Of a DNA stretch of 64,000 nt, positions 1 to 12,530 are shown in pieces. The notes beneath the pieces are model-generated. The model was not told the origin of the DNA, did no database searches, and worked only from the letters and a program-made list of their open reading frames with translations. The position numbers and the translations under genes were made by a program. The stretch comes from the human T2T-CHM13v2.0 reference genome, Homo sapiens: the NCBI RefSeq assembly GCF_009914755.1, contig NC_060926.1, one strand, 5' to 3'. The stretch's first letter is position 1, and the number at the start of each line of letters is the position of its first letter.

Positions 1-1118
1 GTATGTAATTTTTCTACTACAGGTAGACGGTTCAGATACCAATGTGTTCCACGAAGCTAAACACATAATTTATTTTCCAAATAGATAAAAGATGATTTGT
101 TAAGAGCATTAGGTAGCTCAGTAAGAAAATAAGTTGTGTAATGAGAGACCTACCGCAAGCTGGGAAGTAGCGTACAGCAAAGAAATCTATCAAAGGCCTA
201 TCTAGCAGTGGTAGAAGAAATAACCAAGATCTGTTTTCACCATCTGACTTTTAATGACATTGTGTTTTATCTTAAAACTCACTTGCTTACATGGGAAATA
301 GAATATAAAATACATTATGAATTTCGTATAAATTTTTTATCATTGATGTATTATAACTGTATTCTCAGTCTGCTGGACGAGGACCATAGCAGTTATTATT
401 TAAAATATCCCTTAATGTAAGTCTCCTGATTTCAAATATTAGCTTAAATCTCAAGCTTAGCAAATCATGTATTTCTTCTTTGCAAATATACTACTGCACT
501 CCAAGCACAGCTGGGGATCGTTTTACTAAGACTTGGTATTAGATATATGAAGAATCAGATTTCATCCGTTAAACAAAATTGGGTGTAATAAACACATGAA
601 GGAAAATCATGTAACACATTCTATTTCTATCAAAAATCTAGTGAACATACAGCTACTGAGCATCCACTATTTGAAAGGCCAGATGCTACTGGTGACACAT
701 AGGTGAATCAGGTACATTCCAAACATGAAGTTGCTTCTGACTGAATTATGGAAATTAGACACAAACACATGAGTTGTTAAATCACAATTTAGTAGAATTA
801 GTATTACAGACCAATACCTGATTGATTGATTGATTACCAAATAAACTATCAACTACTTTTTGTGGTCTCAGTAGCATTACAATAGTTCTACTGAACTTTC
901 TCGGTATATCTCCTTTTAGTTATATACCTGTAAAGTTTCCGAAGGAAAGCATTGCTAATTCTAAGAGAATGTCATTTTCGTGATTCTCTCAAAGCACTGA
1001 GCACAGATAGAAAATGACTTATTTTCACTACAAACAGCTGCTGAAGCTCTTGCTGTAGTCCCTGGTTGCGCATCTCTTCCCAACAGCAATTATATTATGT
1101 CTTCTTTTATTGTAGCAG

Positions 1119-1177
1119 GTGCTGAAGCATGTAGGGACAATTTGGTATTGTGACAGAGCTGCCCATTTGCTGGCAAG
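1119..1177 (+). other. Candidate internal exon (59 nt; 62 nt if the upstream AG of the TAGCAG acceptor is used)
   Basis: Acceptor tcttcttttattgtagcag|G and consensus donor CAAG|gtaagt; one open frame VLKHVGTIWYCDRAAHLLA; non-repeat sequence. Confidence 0.45.
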
Positions 1178-1435
1178 GTAAGTTTGTTTTCTTCATTCTT
1201 TGTGTCAGCTAACTTGTTAGGGGCCTCTGATGAGCAGCTAAAGATGCAATGATCCTTTTGAAGATGTCTGCTATGATGAGCATTTACTGGGGACCTGAGA
1301 CTACCTTATGAAATACTATCTATAAAGTGCCCTCCGTATGGAGGAAGGAGAGGGGGAAGAAAAGAAAAGCTCCATTAACATTATCTTCAGAAATGTGTTA
1401 TAGAGAAGGTGTTGGCCTCGCCTTCTTCCTCTCAG

Positions 1436-1555
1436 GTGAACTCTAATTCAGAAAACATGTCCTGAATATATCCTCTTTGAGTTCAAGAAGTTATAATACA
1501 AATCTCTACATAAACAGTCACAAAGTTACTAATAAATTGTACTTCTCCTGAATTT
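1436..1555 (+). other. Candidate terminal exon with polyadenylation signal
   Basis: Acceptor ccttcttcctctcag|G at 1435/1436; AATAAA at 1531-1536 followed by T/GT-rich tttctttgtatgctt; 3' end estimated. Confidence 0.35.
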
Positions 1556-1807
1556 CTTTGTATGCTTGGCAGCCCCACATTTTCATATTATAATATCATA
1601 GCCATCAAAAAATAATTATTTTCAGCTTTAGCTGTGATAGATCTAATACTGCTTTTAATAATTACTCAGTGTATGCCTTTGGCTTTACAATCTGTCCAGA
1701 GTTAATATTTTCTTTAAACTACTAAATATCTCATTAGGAGGATATCTCTGAGATACTGGCTAAACTCATAAAAAACAAAATATAAAAACAGTAACATTTG
1801 CCTATCT

Positions 1808-2055
1808 ATCCATTCTTTTTTCATTCAGTTATTTACTAGATATTTTTGTGTGCATTTACTATGTTACAGAAGCCTGTGTTAGGTGCTGAAGATAGTAAAT
1901 ACAAATGATCTGGCACGTAGCATCATATAACTTAAGTGTTTGAAGGAAATTTTTGTGTGGTTATAGTAAACAAGAAATTACAGTCAAAGCACCATATTTT
2001 AACAGTGAGGTGATGGCAAAGTACAGAGAGGGATGGAAACACAAAGCATGGAGAT
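1808..2055 (-). mobile_element. L2 (LINE2) 3' fragment
   Basis: cattcagttatttac...catttactatgttacagaagcctgtgttaggtgctgaagata resembles the reverse complement of the L2 3' end. Confidence 0.6.
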
Positions 2056-3506
2056 TTTTCTAAGATTAAAAACTAGATAGAACCACATTTTTAGAGTTTC
2101 AGAGTTTGGTTCACATTTGCCAAATCTGAAGTTCGGCTGACTACCAGGAAAAAATGAATGTCAATGGGACTCTTTGGCCTTGAGCAAAACACGTGCTTTC
2201 CCAGAGTAAGGTTCATTAATTATGAAGAGCACTGCCATAACATTTAGTGAATGAGCAATCTTAATGAAAATAGAAAGTAAGTATTGAATGAATTGTTAAA
2301 TCTATCACAAAGAAGTTCTCCCAAGTACGAACACATTTCAAAGGATAAGATTGGAATTTTCAGAGAGGTAATACAAATCTGTCACAGTGAGTCACATATT
2401 ATCATGGATAGTTACGTAGTTTCCAATTTCAATTAGACTTTCCAATCATGTAAACAAGTACATAAAATTACATAGGATTTATCTGAGTGTTTTTTATGAA
2501 AGAAGAATACTAATCTAAGAAAGAAGTCTTGGAAAGTAAGAAGCAGTTATTGTAACTCAAAAGAATAATGAAAAGATAGCCCAAATTTCCTAGCACTAAT
2601 CATTATTAAAGCCCAATTCACTCTCAGAAGTATACTTATTTGCACAATAAATTAAATTGTCAGCAATTCTTATGTACCAGAAAGTCTACTGAATACTTTG
2701 AGTCACAGAACAGATTTTGCTTCAGAAATTCATTTATTCAGATCCATATAAAACCCAAAACTTCAGTCTTTATTCATACAATGTTATTATCCTCCCCCAG
2801 GTAAATTTTGTTGCAGGAAAGAAGGCTGTAGCAATAGAAGTGGGGGCAAGGTATAAATCTTTTTCCTTCATTATTTACCTCCACCCTAAGTAGCTATAGT
2901 TCCTCTGATAGATATAGCCTTTCTTTTCAATGAAAGATAGCCTACATTTGCAGCTGCAGAGTTTTTGCAACCTAATTATTTCTTGTAGAAGTTTGAGAAT
3001 CCAAAGACTGTTGTTTGTGTTGACTCTTATTTTTGGTACAATCTGACTGTGTTTTGACCAATATAATTTTCACTGAAATTGTATAGGTCTCCCTATAATC
3101 TTATAGGGATTCACTATATTAAACAAAAGCCACACACCCAAATCATTCTGTGATAAGCCTTAACTTACCTTGGAGTTCTGCTAAAAGTGCTTAGCAGCAA
3201 CCTGAAAGCTTACTAGCATATGTTGTTTCACTGAATTATTCTCTGAGGCACTAGATTTCATGGATCTGAACTCTAAGCGATGATTCTACAGCCACATCCT
3301 CAGCTCCATATTTAGATCATGTTTATCAGGAAACATGATCAGCTAGAATCCATTTCTAATTTTAGGATTGTTCCCAAACAGGAGAGGCTGGAAATTCTAA
3401 AAATCAGCAATTACTGGCTCCCTTAATTTAGCAGCCATTCCTTTAGCTTATTTTACTCCTCCCACATTTTGGTATAAGCAGCAGGAAGACAGAAGAAGGT
3501 ATCTTT

Positions 3507-4027
<521 letters not shown>

Positions 4028-4049
4028 AGAAGAAGATATCTTTAAAAAA

Positions 4050-4673
4050 TTCCCAGAAATCAACTTAGTTTGATTACTCAATCTATTAGGTACTTTTTTT
4101 TTTCCACATTCCCATAGATGACAGTGTTGCTATACTTTCTGCCACTATGCCACTATCAAAGATTGCCGGCCAGGTGCACTGGCTCACACCTGTAATCCCA
4201 GCACTTTGGGAGGCCTAGGAGGGCGGATCACTTGAGGCCAGGAATTTGAAACCAGCCTGGCCAACATGGTGAAACCCCATCTCTACTAAAAATACAAAAA
4301 TTAGCCAGGTGTGGTGGTGCACGCATGTAGTCCTAGCTACTCAGGAGGCTGAGGCATGGAGTTGAGAATTGCTTGAATCTCGGAGGCAGAAGTTGAAGTG
4401 AGCCAAGATCGCACCACTGTACTGCAGCCTGGGTGACAGAGTGAGACTGTCTCAAAAAAAAAGAAAAGAAAAAAATAAAAGATTTCCTATCTTCTGGATT
4501 CCAATAACATTTTTCTTACTTTTCAAGTTTCATCATTCTTCTACTAACAGTCTGGTCACAGCACTTTAGGTTTTCACTAATACTCCCACTTCTGCTCACT
4601 TATAAGCTACAAAGCCTCTCTCACATTGTCAGACATTTATTTGGCAGCATTCCTACTTCCAGGTACAAAATTT
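4050..4673 (-). mobile_element. MaLR (MLT1) internal sequence, interrupted by an Alu
   Basis: On the minus strand the LTR is followed by aaattttgtacctggaagtaggaatgctgcc, typical of the start of a MaLR internal region. Confidence 0.55.
4168..4477 (+). mobile_element. AluS (Sz/Sx-like), full length
   Basis: ggccaggtgcactggctcacacctgtaatccc... with A-rich tail; TSD aaagattgcc / aaagatttcc. Confidence 0.95.
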
Positions 4674-5190
4674 TTATCAGTGATCTATTGCTATGTTACA
4701 AATTACCCCAAAACTTAGCAGCTTAAAATAGCGATAGATATTTATTATCTCACAACATTTCCCTGGGCCAGGAATTCAGGAGCATCTTAGCTAGGTCTTT
4801 CTCTCTTGAGTCTCACATTAAGTTGCTGTCAAAATGTCAAGTATGCCTTTGATCACCTAAAAGACTAATGGGGTCAGCAGATTCACTTCCAAAATAACTA
4901 TCACATGACTGGCAAACTGATCCTGGCTGTGACAAGAGGCCTCAATTCCTCACTCTGGGGATCTTTCCACAGGGCCCTGTAAGTGTCCTTTTGACAAATA
5001 TTCCAAGAGAGAGCAAAGCAGAAGCAGTTATGTCTTTTAAGACCTAACATCAGAATTCACACCTTGTCATTCCCATGATATCGAATTGTTACACCAGCCG
5101 GGAGTACTTAATGTGGGAGGGGCCTACACAATGGTATAAAATACCACTGTGCAAGAGTCTTTGGGGGCCACTTTGGAGGCTTCCTACAGC
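4674..5190 (-). mobile_element. MLT1 LTR (MLT1G/H-like, MaLR)
   Basis: ctattgctatgttacaaattaccccaaaacttagcagcttaaaa...ggccaggaattcaggagc...gggggccactttggaggcttcctaca matches an antisense MLT1 LTR. Confidence 0.75.
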
Positions 5191-5301
5191 AAACAGCTTA
5201 GTATTATAAGCTGCCTTCAAACTCTCAGAACCTGGCAAATACTTAAGCTTAACTCTTTCTGTCAAGAGACACTTTCCTCGGTTATTTAAAGAGGTAACTC
5301 T

Positions 5302-5426
5302 CACCCACCCCACCCACCCCCAACCACCCACCCCTACCCACCCACCAGCCCCACCCAACCCTACCCACCTCCCCTCACCCCCCGTCATCTCCTACCAGTC
5401 ACCCACCCCTACCACTCTGCAACCCC
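5302..5426. repeat. C-rich (CACC/CCCA)n low-complexity tract
   Basis: cacccaccccacccacccccaaccacccacccctacccacccacc... Confidence 0.9.
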
Positions 5427-6821
5427 AATCATAAGGGATTTTTAGCTCTTTTACGTCCCTTTGGATTCATCTCTATGCTGGAAAATCATCAACTACTTGT
5501 GTAGCCCCAAAGCAAGCTAGCTATATCTTCAGGGTTCATCTAAAAGATGAAGATCTTTTTCCTCCAAGATAGCATTTTTAAGAAGGAAATGAAATAGTCC
5601 CACTTTAGTTCATTTCCATACCTTGGTCCATATTTTTGCCCTGATGAACTCTGTAAGTGCTGCTCCATCCCAATACAGCCTCCCCATCTGTCAACATCTA
5701 AGCAATCCAAGTACATCTCTTTAGCTTTCTCAGGTAGGTCTAAGATACCTGTTTACATGTTTGCCCTAGCTAAGGAGAAAAATATCAAACTGTCTAGCAG
5801 TCCTGATAAAGGTTCTCTTTTGTGAATTGAGGAAAATAAAAAAGCTTCTGTTTCCACCCCATAGAAAGAAAAAATTCTTTCATTGGAAAATCAGACTCCA
5901 GGATTGCCCCCAAATAACTATTTTCTTCTAAGATCTATTTTTCATTTTTTTTCCAAACATTCTTTACACTTTACCTATTAAAGCTATGACCCAGTGATTT
6001 ATTACAAAGCAATATCAAATGTTTCTCTTCTAAATTCAGATGGATTCCCTCTAAGATGTAAAATATCATTTAAATATTGCTTCCTTTTGGTATTTTCACA
6101 TCTGTTGCCTCACTCTTCTCACATAACCCTTTTTTTTTCTAATTTTAAGACATATTCCTTCATAAATCTGTTAATTAATGTTCTTCAAGTTTTAAGAAAT
6201 AGAGAAATACCCAGTTTATTTCAGGTCACATAAAAATACACGAGGATATTAAAAAAATATATGCCCCAAGCTGGTCAAGCTGCTGCACACAAGCATTATA
6301 AGGCTTGAAATGATGACTGCTTCTCTTCTTCCCATGATACAACATCAGCTCTCCTGACACAAGTGCAGACCTGCAGACCTGGTTATCGTGTCCTTCAATA
6401 TGATGTGGGTATTTGAAGCTGTCTATGTTATGCGAAAATTCTCTCTTCCATTTTGTCTCTCTCTCTCCCCAACCCCCATCTCATTGTGTGCCTCCTGTTC
6501 CTTTTCACATTGTATGTAGTTTTTTTTTTTATTCATTGCTCTAGATTCTTCTATCTATCTCTGTGTGTTTGTATATGTGTGTGTGTGTGTGTATTCTTTT
6601 AAATTTATGTTCACATTTTCCAAAGAAAGGGTACTCTTATTGGGAGTTCTCAAATCAGGATACCTATCTTGGACTTCTGGTTTTAGTAATACACAGGTTA
6701 GATGATTCACTTTAGTTCATGAAACAACGCTGTGTTCAGAGAAGTAGAAACAGGTGACTCAGACATACCTTCTCCCCTGTGGCCACTGTCCTCATAAAGT
6801 TGAACTTAACAGACTCACTCA

Positions 6822-6991
6822 ACAGTGGCCTCCATCTCTGACTGCACATAAGCCCACACTGCAATGTTTTAGAAACTAAACAAGCCTCAGTAGTACATCT
6901 AAGAGAATTTTATGTTATAGGCCTGGAATAAGGCCTGTAAAATTACAAATTTACACAAAATTTTGGTGCAAAGCCAGAGTTTAAAGTCACT
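6822..6991. mobile_element. MER5-family (hAT-Charlie) relic
   Basis: Diverged MER5-like termini acagtggcctcc...gactgcacat...ggtgcaaagccagagtttaaagtcact. Confidence 0.5.
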
Positions 6992-7106
6992 AAATTAGAA
7001 CCCAATTGGCTTTTTCCACATGCATAAAAAATGTATGTTGAATCATTTTACACTGCAATAAATATCAACTAATCTATAAAGAGCTATATAAATAAAACTT
7101 CCTTAC

Positions 7107-7505
7107 TTTTTTATTTTTGTATTTTATTTTATTTCAAGTTCTGGGGTACATGTGCAGGATGTGCAGGTTTGTTACATAGGTAAATGTGTGCCATGGTGAT
7201 TTGCTGCACCTACCAACCCATCATCTAGGTATTAAGCCCAGCATGCATTAGCTATTTTCCCTGATGCTCTCTTCCCACCCCTTCCCTCCCCACAACAGGC
7301 CTCAGTGTGTGTTCTTCCCCTCCCAGTGTCCATGTGTTCTCCTTGTTCAGCTACCACTTGTAACTGAGAACATGCAGTGTTTGGTTTTCTGTTCCAGCAT
7401 TAGTTTGCTGAGGATAATGGCTTCCAGTTCCCTGCAAAGACATGATCTCGTTCCTTTTTATGGATGCATAATATTCCGTGGTGTATTGTACCACATTTTC
7501 TTTAT
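7107..7505 (-). mobile_element. L1PA (about PA8-like) 5'-truncated 3' end
   Basis: T-rich tail, then gttctggggtacatgtgcaggatgtgcaggtttgttacataggtaaatgtgtgccatgg...gagaacatgcagtgtttggttttctgttcc. Confidence 0.9.
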
Positions 7506-8469
7506 AATTTTTATTTTAAGAAATGGCTGAATTTTAATAAAATAAAATGCAAGCCAAATTACATGACCCCAAAATAAAACTTAGTTGAGTAAAATCATAC
7601 TACAACATTATTTGTGAGGCTTTTCTCCAACTCCTTGGTTAAACAAAAAACTAAATGAAAAGATCACATAATTATTACCATTACATATAAATATCTAATG
7701 TAATTTATATTTTGCTTAAAAGAGCTATGAAAATCTTACATTTATAATGTTTCTCAGTGACTGGGGGTAGCTAGCAAAAACACTGAAAGATAAGTAGAAC
7801 CATATTATTTCATAAAGAAGAAAAGTGGTATAGTCATGATCCATAAATTAAGAAGGCATTTCAAAACACATTATATCTATATACTTATAAGGAAGTAAAT
7901 TGCTTACAGTTTTCAAAATAATCTAGGACTTTAGAAATTCTGGGTATTCTAGAGATGTTTGTGGCTAGTTATCTTTCTAATGCATTTTTCTAAAGCTTTC
8001 AAAATCAGACAAATTCTGTTTCAGACAATGGCAGATTAGCTTTTAATTTTCTGTGGAGGTCCAATCTCCCCAATGGGAAAATTAAAAAAGATAAACAATT
8101 TTAATAAAGTTAAATAAAGTGTTTCTTTGCAGATATCAGATATAATTTACAGAGAAATGATCCTGGAGGAAGGAAAACCAGAGAAATGGGCCTTGCATTT
8201 TATTTTTAACAAATTATCACAAAGACTATTGGGAGGGTAAGAAAGTATGTTTAGGATTATTGAGGCTAGAGAGAAATAAAATGAAGTTCAAGGCCTACTA
8301 AAAACAAAAATAGAATACTGGTAAATAATCTGGACTTTAATTGGAATCCCAAAGACATTCTGTCTATGATTAAGGATGAAATCAGAAATAGATTAGACCT
8401 CAAAAAAACTTAAGCCCCAATTTGAATTGTCTTGATTTCTGGATTTGTCCCTATTTAGCTACCTATCAT

Positions 8470-8932
8470 AAGCAAAGTAAGCAAAGTAAATCCTCTTGTA
8501 CAAAGAAACAACACCCTAGAATTCAAATTATATTTAAAACTTTTGTATACAATCTAGAATTCAATTTAAAAAAACTAGACTGTTAGAGAGATGAAACTTG
8601 GTTGAAATCAAAGGAAAAAAAGCAATAGGGAAAACCCACAGGAACTATAGATAATGATTTAGCAGACCTAGACATTAAAATAATTATGGTAAAGATTTGT
8701 AAGGAGTTAAAAGAAAATATTTTGGTTAGAGACTTGAAAACTGTTACAAAGGAACCAGGATTTGGCTCTATGGGCCAACAGCAAAATCGTGAAGTAGAAA
8801 GTTCTCTAAGCTCTTGTTACACCACAGAAACAGCAAAAAGAAAAAAAGAAAGAGAAAAAGAAATCAGAATATGGTTGAATCAATCTCATAGAAATAACCT
8901 TAAAGTTTAACAGTAACCAAGAGAAAAAGAGA

Positions 8933-8964
<32 letters not shown>

Positions 8965-9057
8965 AGGAAGGAAGGAAGGAAGGAAGGAAGGAAGGAAGGA
9001 AGGAAGGGAGGGAGGGAGGGAGGGAGGGAGGAAGGAAGGGAGAGAAAGAAAGAAGGA

Positions 9058-9117
<60 letters not shown>

Positions 9118-9147
9118 AAAAGAAAGAAAGAGAAAGAAAGAAAGAAA

Positions 9148-9216
<69 letters not shown>

Positions 9217-9420
9217 AACGAACCTGTAAACAGGTAGGAATTTGATGGTGTTTTTATTTGCCTTGCCCTACCTCTCCCCTGTGCAGCCTGAACTTGGTCT
9301 GAGGAGGCAGCAGCCCATTTCCCAGTTCCCTCCTTCAAACTGCAGGGAGCAAGGGAGCAAATCAGACCTTGTTGAGATGTTTTAGTCTGTCTGGGATGCC
9401 TGGGGACAGACAGAAAGAAG
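8470..9420 (+). mobile_element. Old L1M 5'UTR/ORF1-region fragments flanking the purine microsatellite
   Basis: A-rich L1ME-like ORF1 region (atttagcagacctagacattaaaataattatg) and an L1M 5'UTR-like segment continuing on both sides of 8919-9218. Confidence 0.4.
8919..9218. repeat. Compound polypurine microsatellite (GA)n-(GGAA)10-(GGGA)6-(GAAA)n
   Basis: About 300 bp of purines with a single C at 8945; GGAA x10 at 8966-9005; GGGA x6 at 9006-9029. Confidence 0.98.
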
Positions 9421-9799
9421 GGAGAAGCTACAATTATGATGATTTGTTGAAAGTTGAAAGTTTTCAGTAAACAAATTCTTGGATCTCCTCTACCTCTCTG
9501 TATAGCTGCCAAATTGCTATTCTCTAATTGTGACAAGAATGATGTGATGTTTTCTGGACTGGGGAATTAACAGATCAAATTGAGAGTGTGTGTAGTGTAC
9601 TGAAAACACTAAAATTAAATACACATCTGCATTATGGATGCTGGGATTCTCAGCCCTGTTCTTACATTTTGCTACAAGAATACTGGCAACTAATTGAAAT
9701 GGAGATTCAGAGTCTTATTTGGAGAAAATGGTTTGCTCAAGTTAAAAGACCACAGGCCAGAGGTATTAGAAGTTCCCCAACTAAATGGAAGAGCAATAT

Positions 9800-10135
9800 T
9801 ATAGTCAAGTGACACTCATACATTTGAATTTAGCTCCATAAATCTAAAACACTAGTATTCAACCAAAGAATAGCAGGCTTCTGAAGAAATAAAAAGGTCA
9901 GAGAATGAAATAGGAAAAACAAAATAAAAGCAACTTTGTCAAAATAGAATCTATTCAGGAAGAAGAACACTTACAGTAAAATAAGTTAATTTTTAAAAAT
10001 TTGAAAATTGAACCCTATAATTAATACCAGAGAGAGAAGAGATTTAATTGCAACCACAAACTTAGAACAGGATAATACCAACAAAGCTCCAAAATACTGT
10101 TTTAAAAATGATGACATAATAAAATTATAGCTGTA
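9800..10135 (+). mobile_element. HAL1 (half-L1) fragment, 5' part
   Basis: agagaagagatttaattgcaaccacaaacttagaacaggat resembles the HAL1 ORF region; left boundary uncertain. Confidence 0.5.
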
Positions 10136-10270
10136 GTAGAATAAAGAGAAATGTTCTTTCTTTTTCTAAAATGAGAGAAAAAGCATGGTTCTATGCTGAT
10201 TGGCTTGATTCTTTTGAAAGGGAAAATTTGATGTAGAAGAAAGAGGGAAAACAATTCAAGACATTCTCAA

Positions 10271-11131
10271 TTTTGTTGCCTGAGATTTTGGAGTCAAATA
10301 TAAAAACATAATCATTGCGGAGACCGATGTTATATAAGTTTTGCCTTATGTTTTTTCTATTACTTTTATAGTTTCAGGCCCTACATTCAAGTCTTTATTT
10401 TGAGTTGATTTTTGTTCATGGTGTGAGATAAGGGTCCAATTTTGTTCTTCTGCACTGAATATCCAGTTTTCCCAAGCCTTTCCCCATTGTATGTTTTTGA
10501 CAGCTTTGTCAAAAGCAATTGACTATAAATGTATGGGTTCATTTAGGGGCTCTCTATCGTGTTCCATTCATTGATATATCTATTTTTATGCCAGTATTAT
10601 GCTATTTTAATTATTGTAGGTTTGTAATATACAGATGATCCCCGACTTACAATAGGGTTATGTCCCAATAAACCCAGTGTAAACTGTAAAAATCATAAGT
10701 CAAAATATCCAAGTTGGGAAGTATTTATAATTTAAAGTCAGGTAGTTTGTAGTTTGATGCTTCCAGTTTTGTTCTTTTTGCTCAGAATTGCCTTGGCTGT
10801 TTACGGTTTTTTTTGTGTGTGTGTGTGTACATTTGTGTGGTTCCATTATGACTTTTGGGATTGTTTTTCCTATTTCTGTAAAAAAAAAATGGCATTGGAA
10901 TTTTGATGCAGATTGTATTGAATCTGTAGATCAAGTTGGGAAGTACAGACATTTTAACAATATGAATTATTCCAACCCATGAACACAGAGTATTTTTTCA
11001 TTTCCTTGTATATTCTGTAATTTCTTTTCTCAAAGTTCTGTAATTTCTAAGACCTGTATTTTTCATCTCCTTGGTTAAATTTATTCCTAAGTATTTTATT
11101 TTGTGTACCTATTATAAATGGAATTGTTTTC
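10271..11131 (-). mobile_element. L1M (MA/MB-type) ORF2 fragment
   Basis: ttttgagttgatttttg...ggtgtgagataagggtccaatttt...gattgtattgaatctgtagatc...ttggttaaatttattcctaagtatttt is antisense L1 ORF2. Confidence 0.85.
10632..10727. mobile_element. MER47C-like Tigger MITE inserted in L1
   Basis: cagatgatccccgacttacaatagggttatgtcccaataaaccc...aagttgggaagtattta, flanked by TA on both sides; the host L1 resumes in register. Confidence 0.75.
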
Positions 11132-11134
11132 CAT

Positions 11135-11630
11135 GGATAAATGGGGCAGAGGGAATTGGTACACAGACCCATATCCATGGAAGGCAGAAGGTCTGATTGA
11201 CAACAGAAAATTAGTGAGCTGTAGAAATGCGAAAGTAATTTCTGGTGCTCAAGTGAAGGAATAGGTTTTAGAGCAGAGCATGGATGGTTTATCAGTACAT
11301 CTGTGGGACCAGGAAGGAAGGCCCAGTTGTTGGATCAGATGCTAGTAGATGGATAGATGTAGTTGTATGAATCTGGGGATCTCTGCTGAATGTTTTAGTT
11401 GTCTCAGTGAAATTGTCATTAAGACTATCAGCTGAAAGTAAGAAGACAGGGAAAATTGATATTTGAAGAGAAAGGAAGAACGTGAAATAAGCTTCTAGGA
11501 GAGTGGGAAAATAAATAGACTACAGAAATAGAGTGTGATCCTCTGCTCATCTGAAGTTTTTGGCCATGAATTTAAAGTAAGACTACTCAGTTGCATTGTT
11601 TGTGTTACTCTAGTCATTTTCAGCGGCACA
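11135..11630 (-). mobile_element. L2 internal fragment (continuation of about 10140-10260)
   Basis: Purine-rich antisense L2-like sequence (tagatgtagttg...tctcagtgaaattgtcattaagactatcagctgaaag). Confidence 0.5.
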
Positions 11631-11634
11631 AATG

Positions 11635-12530
11635 TCTTTGAAAATCTCAAAAAAAAATGATTTTCAACATAGAATTCTATACCTTTCCAAACTTTCAGTA
11701 AGAGTCGGGATGAGATAAAAATAATTTCAAACACACAGGTTTTCAAAGAAGTGACCTCCCATGCATGCATTCCGAGGAAATACTGAAGGATGTGCTCCAT
11801 CAAGATGAGGATATAAACTAAGAAAAAGAGAGATATGAGATAACAAGAAACAGGAAATCAAACGTGGATAGCAGTGAAGGGAATCCTTGAATATATGTGA
11901 AAGGAGGGGCTCACACAACAGCTGTGCTCCAAGAACAGAGGGCAGTCAAATCTGACTAGAAGGAGTACTGCTTCAGGAAGATGAAATGGACAGAATATGT
12001 GAAATAACTAAATGTCTTTAGAGGAGATTCAGGAAATTTTTAAAAAGTTGGTTACTGATGAGTACGTAAAGATATGAAAATTATTAGTTCCCAGTAAAAT
12101 AAAAAGGTTTCTAGGAGGGAAAAGTAATTATAGTTTATTGACCGGATCAGTTGTAAGCAGTGTTTACAACATAATAATGCAAATACTGAACAGCAGTCTT
12201 ATAAAAATTCCATATAACAATATCACAATGTTGGGGGATAGAAGTACCATTCATGCATGGTGGAAATAGCAATTGGAGAACTAAAAATATCCAAATTCTT
12301 ACATTAAAAAGGAGGTCAGCTATTAATAATTCAGGCTGAAAAATAAAAATGCTGCAATGTAAGCTTTTATTTAGAAATTTAGATCAATGCCAAAATAATT
12401 ACTCAATAGAGGTGAAATTAGTTGTCTTTGGAATGGGAGCAGGGGAAAAGGCAGAGAACTTTGCTTCCCTCCAAGAAATGACATAGAACCATTTTACTCA
12501 TTATGCTCACGCATAACTGTGTGCAAGAAA
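11635..12530 (+). mobile_element. HAL1 fragment, 3' part
   Basis: aatgattttcaacatagaattctatacc...acctcccatgcatgcattccgaggaaatactgaaggatgtgctccatcaa...aagaaacaggaaatcaaac typical of HAL1. Confidence 0.75.

Noticed and set aside
23-120. Possible exon (ctactacag|G ... TCA|gtaaga)
   Set aside because: Weak donor context, in-frame stop, and upstream context cut off by the window edge
5089-5388. Gly/Trp/Val-rich 99-aa ORF
   Set aside because: Translation of the C-rich low-complexity tract plus MLT1 LTR
8907-9536. 209-aa minus-strand ORF, the longest in the track
   Set aside because: Its length comes from the stop-free pyrimidine strand of the microsatellite (FLSF/LPSF repeats)
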